NCBI GenBank assembly: GCA_000494145.1
Contig: AWOE01000007.1
Location: 11,180 to 28,245 of the forward strand
DNA: 17,066 bases
Source: Candidatus Calditenuaceae archaeon JGI OTU-1
Lineage (GTDB): Archaea > Thermoproteota > Nitrososphaeria_A > Caldarchaeales > Calditenuaceae
Reading direction: 5' to 3'
The position numbers and the translations under genes are program-made. Under the pieces are notes generated by a model. That model did no database searches. It was given only the letters and a program-made list of their open reading frames with translations, and had not been told where the DNA came from. Within the stretch, counting starts at the first letter, position 1, and every line of letters starts with the position of its first letter. Of the stretch, positions 15,693 through 17,066 are shown one piece after another.

Positions 15693-15710
15693 CCGAACGT
15701 TCCGAACGTC
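15693..15710 (+). repeat. Tandem 9-nt repeat CCGAACGTT/CCGAACGTC immediately 3' of tRNA-Ser
   Basis: Read directly from the sequence: two adjacent copies with one mismatch, starting 4 nt after the tRNA CCA end. Confidence 0.6.
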
Positions 15711-15921
15711 TGGAAAACGACGTTGATGACGATTGTCTGCTGAGATCCTCTTTGTTCAATCATGATGTTTGCTTGCGGTTTGTAACTTCGAAAAGCGGGC
15801 GGAAAGTAGAATAGAGTTGTGCGGAGGACGCCGTACTAGAATGCCACGGAGAGCTGGATGGTTCCCTTAAAGGTCGAGCATCAGTCCAGAGCTGAAAGGA
15901 AAGGTATGGACAGAGGGGTCC

Positions 15922-15930
15922 AAAGAAAAA
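15922..15930 (-). terminator. Oligo-T tract (TTTTTCTTT on the minus strand) downstream of the CoxS-like gene
   Basis: It lies 26-34 nt past the stop at 15956. Archaeal RNA polymerase terminates at oligo-T runs, and no other T-run is nearby. Confidence 0.45.
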
Positions 15931-15955
15931 CGGAAGGGGTCTGTTCGGCCCGCGC

Positions 15956-16519
15956 TCAGATCCAGCTGCCCTTCTCCCTGATCTCCTTCGCTGCGGCCTC
16001 TACGGCCTTGACGATGTTCACGTAGCCCGTGCACCGGCAGAGGTTCCCGGATATGCCCTTCCTTATCTCGTCCCTAGTCGGGTTCGGGTTCAGCTTCAGG
16101 AAGCCGAGAGCGGCCAGAATCATACCCGGAGTGCAGTAACCGCACTGGAGGGCGTGGTGCTCCCAGAAGGCCTTCTGGAGCGGGTGGAGTTCTCCGTCCC
16201 TCGCTAGGCCCTCGATCGTGACGATCTCCGCGCCGTCAGCCTGGACTGCGTACAGCGTGCAGGACTTCACCGCCCTCCAATCGTCGCCCCACGGGCCCTT
16301 CATCAGAACGGTGCAGGCACCGCAGTTGCTGGTGTCGCAGCCTATGTGGGTTCCGGTGAGGCCGACGACGTCCCTGATGTAGTGGACGAGCAGGAGCCTC
16401 GGCTCAACCTCATGGGAGTACTCGACGCCGTTGATCTTGACCCTGATCGGGACCCTCGACTGGGACAGTGGGCCCCTGGCTCTCCGCTGGACTGCCCTCA
16501 CGGCGGCCCTGCGCGCCAT
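15956..16519 (-). CDS. [2Fe-2S] small subunit of a xanthine dehydrogenase / CO dehydrogenase-family molybdoenzyme (CoxS/CutC-like)
   Basis: [11 protein letters not shown] (plant-type 2Fe-2S), plus CGYCTPGM and NLCRCTGY (second cluster). ATG at 16519, one nt after the upstream stop. It carries an Arg-rich ~25-aa N-terminal extension. Confidence 0.9.
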   Translation of the reverse strand: MARRAAVRAVQRRARGPLSQSRVPIRVKINGVEYSHEVEPRLLLVHYIRDVVGLTGTHIGCDTSNCGACTVLMKGPWGDDWRAVKSCTLYAVQADGAEIVTIEGLARDGELHPLQKAFWEHHALQCGYCTPGMILAALGFLKLNPNPTRDEIRKGISGNLCRCTGYVNIVKAVEAAAKEIREKGSWI

Positions 16520-16520
16520 C

Positions 16521-17066
16521 TCACCTCACCACCGCCTCCTCCGCCTTTAACAACTTTGCGCGCTCACAGGCCTCGACGAGGGCCCGGCGCACGAAGACCT
16601 TCGTCACCTCGCGCTTGTACTCGACGCTCCCCCTCAGATCGGCCGAGGGCTCCGACATGGCCGCTGCCTTCTCGGCGGCCTCCCTGATCAGGTCCATATT
16701 CGGCACCTTCCCCTTCAGGACCTTCTCCGCATCGGTCGCCCTGAAGGGCCTCACGTGGACCGCACCTACAGCGATGGAGACGTCGGCTATCTCGCCCTTT
16801 TTGCCTGGAACCACGATCACCGCCGTGTTGACGGTCGCGAAGTCTCCGGCCTTCCTCTCGAACTTCTTCCACGACCAGCCGTGGTTGGCAGGCGGTACCG
16901 GTATCTGGATCTCGGTCAGTATCTCATGGGGCTTCAGGGCGGTTGTGAACGGGCCGAGGAAGAACTTCGTCGCAGGGATCTTCCTCTGCTTGCCTCCGTT
17001 GGCGATGAAGGTCGCGTTCAGGGCGAGGGTCACAACCGGCCAGTCGGCAGCCGGATCGGCGTGGGC
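16521..17066 (-). CDS. FAD-binding medium subunit of the same molybdoenzyme family (CoxM/CutB-like); 5' end lies outside the window
   Basis: The frame stays open to the window edge ([18 protein letters not shown]...), and HADPAAD is the conserved medium-subunit motif. The C-terminal [10 protein letters not shown] matches the CO-dehydrogenase flavoprotein C-terminal domain. The track start at 17033 is therefore internal. Confidence 0.85.
   Translation of the reverse strand, partial: AHADPAADWPVVTLALNATFIANGGKQRKIPATKFFLGPFTTALKPHEILTEIQIPVPPANHGWSWKKFERKAGDFATVNTAVIVVPGKKGEIADVSIAVGAVHVRPFRATDAEKVLKGKVPNMDLIREAAEKAAAMSEPSADLRGSVEYKREVTKVFVRRALVEACERAKLLKAEEAVVR

Noticed and set aside
15724-15784. 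Possible box C/D sRNA (TGATGA ... CTGA ... TGATGT ...).
   Set aside because: It is not called as a feature. The C-to-D' spacing is 10 nt rather than about 12, the D'-to-C' gap is 19 nt, and no terminal CTGA D box follows the second guide (TGTA instead). It is kept only as a low-confidence lead in the findings.
15614-15814. 66-aa plus-strand ORF, plus minus-strand ORFs 15373-15759 and 15497-15763, overlapping the tRNA.
   Set aside because: They overlap a well-folding tRNA-Ser and promoter sequence, have junk-like composition, and lack any start context.
16441-16519. RR-containing N-terminus of the CoxS-like subunit as a Tat signal peptide.
   Set aside because: No hydrophobic h-region or cleavage motif follows the arginines. 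The family is cytoplasmic or membrane-associated without export.
1-17066. CRISPR arrays, IS elements, integrases, toxin-antitoxin or other defence genes.
   Set aside because: Scanning by eye found no regularly spaced repeats of 24 nt or more, no terminal inverted repeats flanking an ORF, and no transposase, integrase or nuclease motifs in any credible ORF.

Overview
High-GC (~60-65%) chromosomal window from a hyperthermophilic archaeon, probably TACK/Thermoproteota-like: it has a full-length single-chain reverse gyrase, archaeal ribosomal proteins, Pus10, and AGG/GAG/CTC-biased codon usage. No finer taxonomic call is possible. Content is mostly housekeeping. In order: the 3' part of a Zn-dependent MDR alcohol dehydrogenase; proteasome alpha subunit (-); reverse gyrase (+); a tightly packed minus-strand four-gene cluster (MoaD/ThiS-like beta-grasp protein, small 4-TM protein, GTPBP1-family EF1A-like GTPase, tRNA pseudouridine synthase Pus10); a divergent uL3-uL4-uL23-uL2 ribosomal protein cluster that stops after uL2; S-adenosylhomocysteine hydrolase (-); a small accessory-looking patch (wHTH-like protein, a 143-aa orphan, a Thr/Val-rich surface protein with a C-terminal anchor); tRNA-Ser(UGA); a 265-nt lower-GC non-coding spacer; and the small [2Fe-2S] and medium (FAD) subunits of a xanthine-dehydrogenase/CO-dehydrogenase-family molybdoenzyme (-). 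No CRISPR array, transposase, integrase or obvious defence gene is visible. The most interesting candidate is the beta-grasp/4-TM/GTPase/Pus10 cluster. Its ubiquitin-like protein carries a GG-WA C-terminus (a capped di-glycine), and its stop overlaps the start of the membrane protein gene (ATGA). Many long ORFs in the track are antisense or off-frame artefacts of high GC. A/T-rich TATA-like boxes about 25-30 nt upstream of start codons suggest mostly leaderless transcripts and revise several ORF-track starts. All functional calls rest on motifs recognised by eye; no database search was run.
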